A stretch of 64,000 nucleotides of DNA from Spirochaetia bacterium (GCA_963662265.2 CAXXHA010000035.1:32001-96000); one strand, 5' to 3'; shown: positions 1-9,686, counted from the first letter of the stretch. Numbers and translations are program-made. Notes: generated by a model from the sequence alone, not told the origin.

Positions 1-699
1 TTCCTCATAATTTGAATATGCGTATTTACCGTCTTTTGAAAAGAAGAAATTAACACAATAATGTGCAGTCCCGTCAAGGAATACCTCTTTTTTGCCTGTT
101 GAAAGGTCAAATGCATATACACCTGTAAAGCCATTGTCTTTATAAACAGAAATAAAGATCTCTGATTCATTTCTTCCCTGTTCTATTGTATTAATCTGAT
201 CTGCCGCATTGTTGAATGTTTTCTGTAGATTCCCTGTTTCAAAATTCCATATTCTGATGCTTTTATCTTTTGAAGCAGAATACAGGTGTTTTTCATCAGG
301 ACTCAGGACAATATCCCTGACATCCTTATTATTGCCTGTAAGTGTTCTTATATGTCTTCTGTTTCTTATGTCCCATATTTTTATTGTTGAATCTTTCGAA
401 GATGAAACAGCATAGCGGGAATTTCCTGTTACAAGCAGTTCTGTGAGAGTTCCGAAATGGCTGAGATTTATGGATATGTTTGAATATGCATCATTATCCG
501 GCAGATCCAGCAGTTTTTTCGGCGGTGCTTTTTTCTGATCAGGCGAAGCTGTTTTTATTTCCGGATCAGGTGTCTGATTTTCCGTTACTGATGGAGATGT
601 TGTACCGCAGCTGAAAAGTAAAAACAGCAGAAGCAGCGATGTTGATGTAATTATTATTCTGCTGACTTTGTATCCCGAATTTGTAAAACTTTTTATCAA
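1..699 (-). CDS. WD40-repeat lipoprotein, 3'-truncated by window edge
   Basis: Not in ORF track. Manual translation from TTG at 699: MIKSFTNSGYKVSRIIITSTSLLLLFLLFSC (lipobox), then WD repeats SSSKDSTIKIWD and SASKDKSIRIWN; purine-rich AAGGGG upstream. Confidence 0.8.
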   Translation of the reverse strand, partial: MIKSFTNSGYKVSRIIITSTSLLLLFLLFSCGTTSPSVTENQTPDPEIKTASPDQKKAPPKKLLDLPDNDAYSNISINLSHFGTLTELLVTGNSRYAVSSSKDSTIKIWDIRNRRHIRTLTGNNKDVRDIVLSPDEKHLYSASKDKSIRIWNFETGNLQKTFNNAADQINTIEQGRNESEIFISVYKDNGFTGVYAFDLSTGKKEVFLDGTAHYCVNFFFSKDGKYAYSNYEE

Positions 700-934
700 T
701 TTTGTCCCCTTTTTATATTATTTTAATAAGCTTTAAATGTAATTTTCCTGTAGAACTCTTTCCGTTTTTAATAATATCTTCAAAATAATTTTCTTCAGTA
801 TAAGAGGGCGGGGGTGATTTGTAAATAATTCATCCGGCAGGACACTATGATCTGCTTTTTATGGAATAGCCAATTTATGATCTGCTTCTGATATCTGAAT
901 TCAGGGTAAATAGTTTTTGACAGTGTTCAGTTAT

Positions 935-964
935 AAAAAGGACAGCGCTGTTTCGCGCTGTCCT
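935..964 (-). terminator. Intrinsic terminator after DUF1015 gene
   Basis: AGGACAGCGC/GCGCTGTCCT 10 bp stem followed by a T-run on the minus strand. Confidence 0.75.
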
Positions 965-1009
965 CTATTGTTGTTATGTCTTAAATCACAGGTTTACTGT
1001 TAGCAGGCA

Positions 1010-2275
1010 TTACCTGAGCTTCCTTGCTTCAAGGTAATACCTTTTTTCAATTGATTCGCCGATTGAAAAAGTCTTCCTGGGGTAGACTCCTTTCTCCGCA
1101 ATCCTGCTGAAGAAGGTCTCTTTCGATATTTCCGGAAGCAGGAATCCTATGTTGTTTTCTTTTTCCGCAAGATCAGTAAGGTCTTTTTCCCCGTGGATAT
1201 AGTCTATTTCTCCCATTTCACCATTATATGAATCAAGAAAACTCTGAATTTTTTCTGTTGCAAGAAGATTTGCTTCGCGTTTGAGAGTTATTCTGCCGCA
1301 TTTTTTTCCTGTCACGAAAATCATTGTTTCTGCAGAACCGGGAGTTTTAACTTCATCTTTCTGTATTTCCTCAGTAGTGCAGCCCAGGCTTTCTTTCAGC
1401 TTTGCAAGCATTGCTTCGGGATCTGTATCGAAAACAACCCTATGAATCGGCTCAAATCCGATACCATCGCTTTTTATATTGACCAGTTCAACAAGCGCGT
1501 ATCTTGCAGGGTGGTCCGGCTGTATTCCCGGTTTCTTCTTTATGAGGTTCCAGACCTCTTTTGCCGCAGCCAGGGAGTGGTTACCGTCTCCGACAGCAAA
1601 AAGTGTGCTGTTTTTCTGTGCCAGGTTTGAAAAAGCAGTTTCAAGGTATTTTAAGGTTTCATCCTCTTTTATATGCCACCCTCTTATTTTCCCTCCATCC
1701 TTCATGAGACTGAGGTCGTAAATTTCTTCATGCCTGTCTTTTTCCGCATACAGTTTTTCTATTACAGTCATATCACTGTCATTGATAAGAAAAAGTATAT
1801 GGGGAAGATCAAGCGATGCGTTCTCTCTTATTTTTATTCTGGGGGGAAGCCTGTCAACAACTGTTTTTTCAGTCGGTCTTATAGGGGAATCTGCAATTTC
1901 CGAATAGTCATATTTTTCAAGATCCACAGCAATGATCAGTCCTTTCCGTGAAGGGGTGTAGGGGGTTTTCCTCTCTACAAGGACAAATCCTTCATCAAGT
2001 TTTTTCAAAACACCTTCTTTCAGGTATTTTTCCATATTGCTGTTGATTGTCTTAAGTTCTTCATCAATATCCACTTGTTTCAGATAACACTCAGGAAGTA
2101 TGAGGTTTACAGTTGAATAGCTGTCCTGTGTTAGTTTTTTTACATCATCCCAGTATTCTGTCGAGGCTGTAAACTGGTCACATGCAATGACCGGCCATTT
2201 TGAAATATCTGTTTTTCTGCTGTCCGGTACAAGTATCTCCGGTACTTTTATTCCAAGTTGTTCAAAACTGCTCAT
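1010..2275 (-). CDS. DUF1015 family protein
   Basis: 421 aa; VIACDQF, IRPTEKT, VGDGNHSLAAAK, FEPIHR, YIHG, PRKTFS motifs; this family often neighbours serA. Confidence 0.85.
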   Translation of the reverse strand: MSSFEQLGIKVPEILVPDSRKTDISKWPVIACDQFTASTEYWDDVKKLTQDSYSTVNLILPECYLKQVDIDEELKTINSNMEKYLKEGVLKKLDEGFVLVERKTPYTPSRKGLIIAVDLEKYDYSEIADSPIRPTEKTVVDRLPPRIKIRENASLDLPHILFLINDSDMTVIEKLYAEKDRHEEIYDLSLMKDGGKIRGWHIKEDETLKYLETAFSNLAQKNSTLFAVGDGNHSLAAAKEVWNLIKKKPGIQPDHPARYALVELVNIKSDGIGFEPIHRVVFDTDPEAMLAKLKESLGCTTEEIQKDEVKTPGSAETMIFVTGKKCGRITLKREANLLATEKIQSFLDSYNGEMGEIDYIHGEKDLTDLAEKENNIGFLLPEISKETFFSRIAEKGVYPRKTFSIGESIEKRYYLEARKLR

Positions 2276-2297
2276 TTCTCTTTCTCCTGTATTTTAT

Positions 2298-2768
2298 TTA
2301 TTCCTCAGTATCTTCAATATCAAACTGATGAGGTATTTTGAAATTAAAATTCTTATATGCAATGAAAGTTTCTGTTAATGTAATTCCTTCAATCTTTGAA
2401 AGTTCTTCACTCAGGAATTCAAGAAGACCGAAGTCGGGGAACAGGTGCACTATAACCATGAGGTCATAGCGGCCAGTAACTACACTTGTGGATATTACTC
2501 CCTTCAGGTTGTTTATATTTTTAGCTGTCTGAACCAGTTTCAGGTTATCAATCTGAATCCCGATAAATACAATTGTATGGTTTTTCATTATTTCCGGGTT
2601 TACAAGTGTTGTAATATCAATGATGCCTGCTTCTTTCAGCTTCTGTATTCTGCTTTTTACAGTATTTTCAGCAAGAGACATTTCTCCAGCTATTTTCTTG
2701 TATGATATCCTGCCGTCTTTAAGATAGTTTATAATCTGTTTGTTTATTGAATCAAGTTTTATTCCCAT
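2298..2768 (-). CDS. Lrp/AsnC family transcriptional regulator
   Basis: N-terminal HTH (LKDGRISYKKIA...RIQKL) and VTGRYDL effector domain. Confidence 0.92.
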   Translation of the reverse strand: MGIKLDSINKQIINYLKDGRISYKKIAGEMSLAENTVKSRIQKLKEAGIIDITTLVNPEIMKNHTIVFIGIQIDNLKLVQTAKNINNLKGVISTSVVTGRYDLMVIVHLFPDFGLLEFLSEELSKIEGITLTETFIAYKNFNFKIPHQFDIEDTEE

Positions 2769-2916
2769 TTTCCTCTTACCCTCTGCTGTATAATACCGAT
2801 ATCCGGTACTTTAATTTTAATAGGAAATTATAAAAATAACATTAAAATATTTATACCGGAGTAAAGCCTCTGAATATGTTTATAAATATAGTGGTAAATA
2901 ACTCCGGCTTGTTACA

Positions 2917-3813
2917 TCATGCCCCTTTTATCAGTGTATGATGTATGTAGTGATCAAGAATATCAATAATTTCTTTACCGATTCTGTCAAGGTTTTCTTT
3001 TGAATTGGCCCCTATGTGGGGAGTCATTATAACCCGGTCTGATTTCAGTAGCGGGTAGTCGGATTTCGGAGGATCAGAAGGCCATACATCGCTGCAGTAG
3101 TATTTGATTTTTCCGTTTTTAAGAAATTCAAGCACATCATCCGGGTTTATACAGGCAGCTCTTGCTGTATTTATAATCACAACATTGTCCTTCATTTTAC
3201 CGATAATATCCCTGTTTATTATTCCTTCTGTTTCCGGTGTCTGGGGGACATGTATTGAGATGTAGTCGGCATCTTTCACAGCTTCTTCGAGGTTCTGCTT
3301 TACATCTGCATAATCTGATGATATCCCTGATTTTCTGTATGTAGTTATATTCATTCCGAAAGCACTGGCTCTTTTTGCCAGTTCTGTTGCAATATTCCCC
3401 ATTCCGATCAGGCAGAGGTTTTTGTTGAACAGCTCGTTCCGTTTAAGCTCCTTCTTGATCCATTCATTTCTTTTCATGCTGCTGTCTCCCTCCAGTATTC
3501 TTGAAGAGACTGCTGACATAAATGAAAAAGCAAGTTCTGCAACCGCGATTCCCGAAGCTTTAGGAGTATTCCGTACTACTATGCTCTTGAGCGATGCGTA
3601 GTCTGTATCAATGTTATCAATTCCCACACCGCCTCTGATAATCAGTTTCAGATCAGGAGCGCTGTCAATAAATTCTCTGGTACATTTTGTCTTGCTTCTT
3701 ACAAGAACAACATCGGCCTTTTTCCAGGAAGAGGGATCTGTATCAACTTTTCCGAATTTTGCCAGTTTTTCTGGCAGATCTTTTGAGAATTGATCGCAAA
3801 CAGTTATATACAT
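2917..3813 (-). CDS. D-isomer-specific 2-hydroxyacid dehydrogenase (short SerA-like phosphoglycerate dehydrogenase)
   Basis: RGGVGIDNID, GMGNIA Rossmann motif, NTAR, TPHIGA. Confidence 0.85.
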   Translation of the reverse strand: MYITVCDQFSKDLPEKLAKFGKVDTDPSSWKKADVVLVRSKTKCTREFIDSAPDLKLIIRGGVGIDNIDTDYASLKSIVVRNTPKASGIAVAELAFSFMSAVSSRILEGDSSMKRNEWIKKELKRNELFNKNLCLIGMGNIATELAKRASAFGMNITTYRKSGISSDYADVKQNLEEAVKDADYISIHVPQTPETEGIINRDIIGKMKDNVVIINTARAACINPDDVLEFLKNGKIKYYCSDVWPSDPPKSDYPLLKSDRVIMTPHIGANSKENLDRIGKEIIDILDHYIHHTLIKGA

Positions 3814-3907
3814 GGGTTTCCTCCGTTTATACCGAAATACAAATGTTTCCGAAAATCTGGTATTACTCTTGTATGATGAAAAATAAGAAAATCGGCATTA
3901 TATTATA

Positions 3908-3936
3908 ATTATCGGTCCTGACAACAGAGCTGTCAA
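3908..3936 (-). promoter_or_regulatory. sigma-70-type promoter for the serA-like operon
   Basis: TTGACA-17 nt-GATAAT on the minus strand. Confidence 0.55.
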
Positions 3937-4086
3937 TAGTTAAATGATGTTGAGTGTTAAAAAACATATGTTAAAATGCATAAAATGCAATAAAATAAAG
4001 AATAATGGATGTTAAATGCAAAAATGATGATATGTCATGAGCTTCCGGCAATGCAATGGCAGGTTTCTGTTTTTATTTGATTTGTC

Positions 4087-4130
4087 CTACATTAATGTAG
4101 TAAATGCATTTTTATGGTACAATAATGTAG
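4087..4130. promoter_or_regulatory. Paired palindromic activator (UAS-like) sites
   Basis: CTACATTAATGTAG (perfect palindrome, 4087-4100) and GTACAATAATGTAG (4117-4130), 30 bp apart, ~110-150 bp upstream of a sigma-54 motif. Confidence 0.6.
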
Positions 4131-4237
4131 GATTTGCTTTGTCTGAAAAACATATAAACAGCTTATATCCATGTCTACTACACTGTTAGGCATGAATACA
4201 GCCGCCTTTTTCCCTTTATGTGCTGGAATGTTGAACA

Positions 4238-4253
4238 TGGCATGTTTTTTGCA
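4238..4253 (+). promoter_or_regulatory. sigma-54 (-24/-12) promoter
   Basis: TGGCATGTTTTTTGCA, exact GG-N10-GC spacing and TTGCA -12 element. Confidence 0.7.
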
Positions 4254-4263
4254 TATATTAAGT

Positions 4264-4529
4264 TAACTGTTAAACTACACATTGAATGCGTCAGCAGCAG
4301 ATGTGCAGAAAGATGGCAGGATTTTGTCTTTAAAACAGGTTCCTGCCGGGGCACTTTATACTTTCTTAATAGAACAGCTGTAGGAAGTATATGATATGGT
4401 GCCTTCAATAAATACCCGGATATTGGTATGAGTTCTGGACCAACTTGTATTTTATATCTGTTGATTTGTTCTTAACAGTCTCCTTAAGTTACCTGGCTCT
4501 TTGCTTGTCAAGCAGGGAGCCTTCTTTTT
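4264..4529 (+). ncRNA. Putative structured small RNA / leader RNA
   Basis: Lies between the sigma-54 motif and a terminator, has no long ORF, and shows consecutive hairpins at 4315-4347, 4350-4403, 4412-4429, 4458-4478 and 4495-4521. Confidence 0.45.
4495..4529 (+). terminator. Intrinsic terminator upstream of gatC
   Basis: GGCTCTTTGCTT-gtc-AAGCAGGGAGCC (12 bp, 2 GU) followed by TTCTTTTT. Confidence 0.7.
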
Positions 4530-4625
4530 AAAAAAAGTTTCTACAGACTGATACTGCAAGGTAGAAGATTTTTTTTAAAACAGTATAATGATATTTATCA
4601 GATCCCATATATACAGAGATATAAA

Positions 4626-4907
4626 ATGCAAAAAGAAGAATTACTTATTACTGCTAGTCTTGCAAGGCTGGAGCTTAATGATAATGAAATAGACAAGCTT
4701 GATGAAGCTGTTTCATCAATGATTGAATATTTCACATTGATGGATGAAATAGATGTTGATGATCTTGAGCCTACAACACATGCCTTTATCAGGGAAAACA
4801 GAACAAGGAAAGATATTCATGCAGAAAGCAGCGGAATGGCTGATAAGCTGATTGATAACTCACCTGAAAGAGAAGACAGGTTTATTGTTGTTCCGAATGT
4901 AATTTAG
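4626..4907 (+). CDS. gatC: Asp/Glu-tRNA amidotransferase subunit C
   Basis: 93 aa; LARLEL, EPTTH, FIVVPNVI; directly upstream of gatA. Confidence 0.93.
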   Translation: MQKEELLITASLARLELNDNEIDKLDEAVSSMIEYFTLMDEIDVDDLEPTTHAFIRENRTRKDIHAESSGMADKLIDNSPEREDRFIVVPNVI

Positions 4908-4937
4908 CTATATCCCCAATTCATACAGGAGAAAAAA

Positions 4938-6332
4938 TTGAGCTGGAATAATATCTTAAGCACTGAAAATGCTGACAGCTATAAAAAATATATTGATGAA
5001 TGGGAAAGCCGAATCCATTCATTTCTCGAATATAAAATCGAAGAGACAGATCTTTCCGAAGCCGGAGAGAATTCCGGTTATCTTTCAGGTATGCCTTTTG
5101 CTGTAAAGGATAATATTGCTGTTAAAGATTATAACCTGACCTGCGGTTCAAGAATACTTGAAAATCTTGTTTCTCCGTATGATGCCACTGTAATTGAAAA
5201 ATTGAGACAGAAGGGCTGTATCCCTGTAGCAAAAACAAACATGGATGAATTCGGCATGGGCTCTTCTACAGATAATTCAGCTTTTTCTGTTACAAATAAC
5301 CCCTGGGATCTTGAAAGGGTAACAGGCGGTTCAAGCGGAGGCAGCGCTGCAGCTGTTGCAGCAGGGCTTGTTCCTTTTGCTCTCGGTTCCGACACCGGGG
5401 GATCAGTCAGGCAGCCTGCTTCTTTCTGCGGCGTTTACGGGCTGAAACCCACATACGGGGCTATTTCCAGATACGGACTTGTCTCATATGCCTCATCACT
5501 CGATGTAATCGGGATTATGTCCAGAAGCCTTGAAGTAATTGAAGAGGTTTTCAAGGCAGCAAGAGGAATTGATACGAGAGACCAGACATCAATCGAATAT
5601 CTGGCTTCAGATGAACTTAAGCTTCCTGAAAAACCTGTTTTCAGCATAATTAAAAACCTTGAAGGACTTTCTGAAGAGGTTGAAGAAGCTTATAGGAAGG
5701 CAGTAGCCGTTCTTAAAGAGAAGGGTTATGAAGTAAGGGAAATAGAGCTCCCTGTTCTTGATTATGTTGTTCCTGCCTACTATACAATAGCAACAGCAGA
5801 GGCAAGCGCAAACCTGGCAAGATATAACGGTGTCAGGTACGGTTACAGGAGCGCAAAAGGGGAAACTCCGTCAGAGCTTATGAAGCTTACAAGGGATGAG
5901 GGGTTCGGCGATGAAGTTAAGCTCAGGATCCTTCTCGGAACATATGTCCTCAGATCCGGTTTCCAGGACAGGTACTATGTCAAGGCACAGAAAATAAGAA
6001 CCAGAATAATGAATAAGCTTGATGAGGTTTTCAAGACTTCAGATCTTATAATGCTTCCCTCATTTCCTGTTCCTGCATTCAGGCACGGTGATGAAAGCAT
6101 GACCCAGTACCAGCAGAAAGTTGCTGATAAATTTACTGTTACTGCAAACCTTGCAGGTATTCCGGCTCTTAGTTTTCCGGCAGGCAATTATAATTCACTC
6201 CCTGTGGGGCTCCAGTTTTTAGCTCCCCGTTACGGAGAGAAGATGCTGCTTGATGCTGCAGGAATTTTTGAGAAAGATTTTCCGGTACTTGATCCTCCCG
6301 GATACAGGCCGGCTGATGAAATCACAGGATAG
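4938..6332 (+). CDS. gatA: Asp/Glu-tRNA amidotransferase subunit A
   Basis: Amidase signature VKDNI, GGSSGGS, GSDTGGSVRQPA, NLARYNGVRYG; TTG start with AGGAG. Confidence 0.96.
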   Translation: MSWNNILSTENADSYKKYIDEWESRIHSFLEYKIEETDLSEAGENSGYLSGMPFAVKDNIAVKDYNLTCGSRILENLVSPYDATVIEKLRQKGCIPVAKTNMDEFGMGSSTDNSAFSVTNNPWDLERVTGGSSGGSAAAVAAGLVPFALGSDTGGSVRQPASFCGVYGLKPTYGAISRYGLVSYASSLDVIGIMSRSLEVIEEVFKAARGIDTRDQTSIEYLASDELKLPEKPVFSIIKNLEGLSEEVEEAYRKAVAVLKEKGYEVREIELPVLDYVVPAYYTIATAEASANLARYNGVRYGYRSAKGETPSELMKLTRDEGFGDEVKLRILLGTYVLRSGFQDRYYVKAQKIRTRIMNKLDEVFKTSDLIMLPSFPVPAFRHGDESMTQYQQKVADKFTVTANLAGIPALSFPAGNYNSLPVGLQFLAPRYGEKMLLDAAGIFEKDFPVLDPPGYRPADEITG

Positions 6333-6483
6333 CTTCAGAGATTGAAGTTTTACCTGAATGCAGTTCAGGATTATTGGAAGAACCTGGTTAAGCAGGTTTT
6401 TTAATTTTTTAAATACATGTCACCTGCGGGGCAGGGATGTAACAGTTTAATACTGATATAGTTTTGACATCAGAAACATTTTT

Positions 6484-7908
6484 ATGGAGAAAACAGTGTT
6501 TGATACATATATAGGACTTGAGATACATATACAGCTTATTACCGATACCAAGATATTCTGCAGCTGCAGAAATTCATTCGGCGATGAGGCAAACACAAAT
6601 ATATGTCCTGTATGTATGGGATACCCGGGTGTGCTTCCTGTTTTAAATGAAGAGGCAGTAAGGAAATCCTATATTGTCTGCAGGGCTCTCAACTGCCATC
6701 TCAACGAAAAGGCTGTTTTTGACAGGAAAAACTATTTTTACCCCGACCTTCCCAAAAACTACCAGATTACACAGTTTGAATATCCATTCGGTATTAACGG
6801 GTATTTTGAAAATGAATCCGGTGGTGAAGTTAAAAAGATAAGGATACATGAGGCTCATCTTGAAGAAGATGCAGGCAAGATGATACATGAAGGTCTTTCC
6901 TCATACTGTGACTACAACAGGACAGGAACCCCGCTTCTTGAAATCGTGACAGAGCCTGATTTCAGAACAGGGGAAGAGGTCGAGGCTTTCCTGCAGAATT
7001 TCAGAAGATTTGTAAGGTACCTGGGAGTCTGTGACGGAAACATGGAAGAAGGTTCCATGAGATGCGATGCCAATATTTCCATCAACTTTCCCGGCAAGGG
7101 GCTGGGCAGGAAAGTGGAGATTAAAAACCTCAACTCTTCACGTAATGTCAAATTTGCTCTCCAGTATGAGCAGAAGCGTCAGTGGAAAATGCTTAAAAAT
7201 GATGAGCTTATTGTTCAGGAGACAAGACTCTGGAATGATGACAAGAAGAGAACAGAAAGCATGAGGAGCAAGGAAGATGCAAATGACTATAGGTATTTTC
7301 CAGAGCCTGATCTTCCTCCCTATTTTCCTGATGCTGAATTTCTGGAATCAATAGAAAAGGCACAGGTTGAACTTCCTGTTGCAAGAAAAAACAGATTTAT
7401 ATCTGAATACAAACTTACACCCGACTATGCGGAGTTTCTTACTGAAGAGAGGGACCGGGCAGATTTTTACGAATCTGCCTGTACTAATGGATGCGACAGC
7501 CAGGCAGCTGCTTCGTGGCTGAAGGGAGATACAGCAAAGGCTCTCAACGTAAGGAAGAAAAATATAAACGAAACATTTCTTACTGTGGAAAGATTTACTG
7601 AACTCCTTGGTCTTCTTGATGAAGGGCGGATAAATAATCCGACAGCCAAGAAAGTGCTTGAAATAATCATGGATGAGGATAAAGGCGCTGAAGAGGTTGT
7701 AGCTGAAAACGGCTGGGAGCAGGTAGACAATTCCGAGGAACTGGAAGCGTTTGTTGATAAGGTTTTATCAGAGAACAGCAAAGTCCTTGAACAGATTAAA
7801 TCCGGCGACATGAAGCCGGTCGGATTCCTGATAGGTCAGGTTATGAAATTATCAGGCGGCAAGGCAGATCCGAAAAAAGTAAAAGAGATAATAACAGGCA
7901 GGATATAA
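6484..7908 (+). CDS. gatB: Asp/Glu-tRNA amidotransferase subunit B
   Basis: IGLEIHIQL, RKNYFYPDLPKNYQITQ, HLEEDAGK, DYRYFPEPDLP. Confidence 0.97.
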   Translation: MEKTVFDTYIGLEIHIQLITDTKIFCSCRNSFGDEANTNICPVCMGYPGVLPVLNEEAVRKSYIVCRALNCHLNEKAVFDRKNYFYPDLPKNYQITQFEYPFGINGYFENESGGEVKKIRIHEAHLEEDAGKMIHEGLSSYCDYNRTGTPLLEIVTEPDFRTGEEVEAFLQNFRRFVRYLGVCDGNMEEGSMRCDANISINFPGKGLGRKVEIKNLNSSRNVKFALQYEQKRQWKMLKNDELIVQETRLWNDDKKRTESMRSKEDANDYRYFPEPDLPPYFPDAEFLESIEKAQVELPVARKNRFISEYKLTPDYAEFLTEERDRADFYESACTNGCDSQAAASWLKGDTAKALNVRKKNINETFLTVERFTELLGLLDEGRINNPTAKKVLEIIMDEDKGAEEVVAENGWEQVDNSEELEAFVDKVLSENSKVLEQIKSGDMKPVGFLIGQVMKLSGGKADPKKVKEIITGRI

Positions 7909-7910
7909 TA

Positions 7911-9686
7911 ATGAAAATCAAAAGAACAGCCACTTGCGGCGAACTTACAATAAAAGATGTTGACCGGTCAGTCAGTTTAAGTGGCTGGGTTGAAAACTAC
8001 CGTGACCACGGGGGAGTAATTTTTATCGACCTTTTCGACAGATGGGGAATGACTCAGGTAGTCTTTGATCCTGAAGTCGCAGGAAAGGTCGCTCATGAAG
8101 CAGCAGGTCACCTCAGGAGCCAGTATGTTGTATCTGTCACAGGAGAGGTGCGGCAGCGGCCTGAAGGAATGGCGAACGACAGGCTTGATACCGGGGATAT
8201 TGAAGTATATGTAAAGGAACTTGAAATCCTCAATAAATCAAAAACCCCTCCGTTTGATATCTATCATTCAGACGGTGTAAATGAGGAAACAAGGCTCAAG
8301 CACAGGTACCTTGACCTTAAAAGGGAAAAGCTTCAGAAATCTATAATTTTCAGAAGCAGTATGATGAATACAATAAGAAACTACTTCCATGAAAATAATT
8401 TTGTGGAAATAGAAACACCTATTCTCAATAAATCTACACCTGAAGGTGCCCGTGATTATCTTGTTCCGAGCAGGATACATCCGGGAAGCTTTTTTGCGCT
8501 TCCGCAGAGTCCGCAGCTTTTCAAACAGACTCTGATGACTTCCGGTTTTGACAAGTATTTCCAGGTAGCAAAATGTTTCAGGGATGAGGACCTCAGGGCG
8601 GACAGGCAGCCTGAATTTACACAGGTAGACCTTGAAATGTCGTTTGTCGACCGGGAAGATGTTATGGGGGTTATCGAAGGACTTTTCAGGCTTCTCTTTG
8701 AAAAACACCTTGGAAAGAATATTTCTCTTCCCCTCCAGAGACTCACCTATAAAGATGCAATGCTCAAGTACGGCTCTGATGCGCCAGACCTCAGGTTCGG
8801 CCTTGAAATAGTTGAACTTTCAGATGTGTTCAGGGAAACTGAATTTTCCGTCTTTAAGAATGCTCTTTCAAAGAAAGGGGTTGTAAGGGGTATAAACCTT
8901 AAAGGCTTGAGTTCCGAGCTCAGCAGGAAAGATCTTGATTACATGACTGAATTCGTAAAACAGTTCAGGGGCAAGGGTGTTGCCTGGATAAGGATGAATG
9001 AGGACGGTCCCCAGTCCCCGATTATAAAGTTCTTTTCTGACAGGGAAGCTGAAGAACTCTATAAAACCATGGGTGCGGAAACAGGTGATGTTCTTATTTT
9101 CCTTGCTGACAGGGAAAAAATTGTTTCACAGTGTCTGTCTGAGCTCAGGAAATATTTCGGAAAGAAGTGCAGTCTCTATACTGAAGATGATATAAGTCTT
9201 CTCTGGGTTGTCGATTTTCCGATGTTTGAACTGAATGATAACGGCAGGCCGGATGTTCTGCATCATCCGTTTACAGCTCCCAAGCCTGAGGATCTTGATA
9301 AACTTGAGGATGATATCTATGGAATCAGTACCAATGCCTATGATATAGTTCTTAACGGACATGAAGCAGGAGGAGGCAGCATTAGGATTCATGATATAGA
9401 TGTTCAGAAAAAGATCCTTGATATAATCGGAATAACAGAGGAAGAGGCTGAAACACAGTTCGGGTTTCTCCTTGACGCGCTTCAGTTCGGCACACCACCT
9501 CACGGCGGTATAGCGCTTGGACTTGACCGTATGGTTATGCTGTTCCTGGGACTGGATTCGATAAGGGATGTCATTGCATTTCCCAAGACACAGAAGGCGA
9601 CATGTCTTCTTACAGGAGCTCCCACAGAAGTTTCCGATGATCAGCTTTTTGAACTGAATCTTGAGACGCTGCAAAGTGATGAATGA
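7911..9686 (+). CDS. aspS: Aspartate--tRNA ligase, probably non-discriminating
   Basis: STPEGARDY, CFRDEDLRADRQPEFTQ, PPHGGIALGLDR; RDHGG His typical of the ND type; linked to gatCAB. Confidence 0.96.
   Translation: MKIKRTATCGELTIKDVDRSVSLSGWVENYRDHGGVIFIDLFDRWGMTQVVFDPEVAGKVAHEAAGHLRSQYVVSVTGEVRQRPEGMANDRLDTGDIEVYVKELEILNKSKTPPFDIYHSDGVNEETRLKHRYLDLKREKLQKSIIFRSSMMNTIRNYFHENNFVEIETPILNKSTPEGARDYLVPSRIHPGSFFALPQSPQLFKQTLMTSGFDKYFQVAKCFRDEDLRADRQPEFTQVDLEMSFVDREDVMGVIEGLFRLLFEKHLGKNISLPLQRLTYKDAMLKYGSDAPDLRFGLEIVELSDVFRETEFSVFKNALSKKGVVRGINLKGLSSELSRKDLDYMTEFVKQFRGKGVAWIRMNEDGPQSPIIKFFSDREAEELYKTMGAETGDVLIFLADREKIVSQCLSELRKYFGKKCSLYTEDDISLLWVVDFPMFELNDNGRPDVLHHPFTAPKPEDLDKLEDDIYGISTNAYDIVLNGHEAGGGSIRIHDIDVQKKILDIIGITEEEAETQFGFLLDALQFGTPPHGGIALGLDRMVMLFLGLDSIRDVIAFPKTQKATCLLTGAPTEVSDDQLFELNLETLQSDE

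Noticed and set aside
4178-4408. 76 aa minus-strand ORF
   Set aside because: No RBS or recognisable motif; antisense to the promoter and hairpin region
4264-4529. 6S RNA, T-box or CsrB-like identity for the leader RNA
   Set aside because: Local hairpins dominate instead of one long rod with a central bubble; no T-box consensus seen; most GGA motifs fall in stems. An Rfam search is still needed
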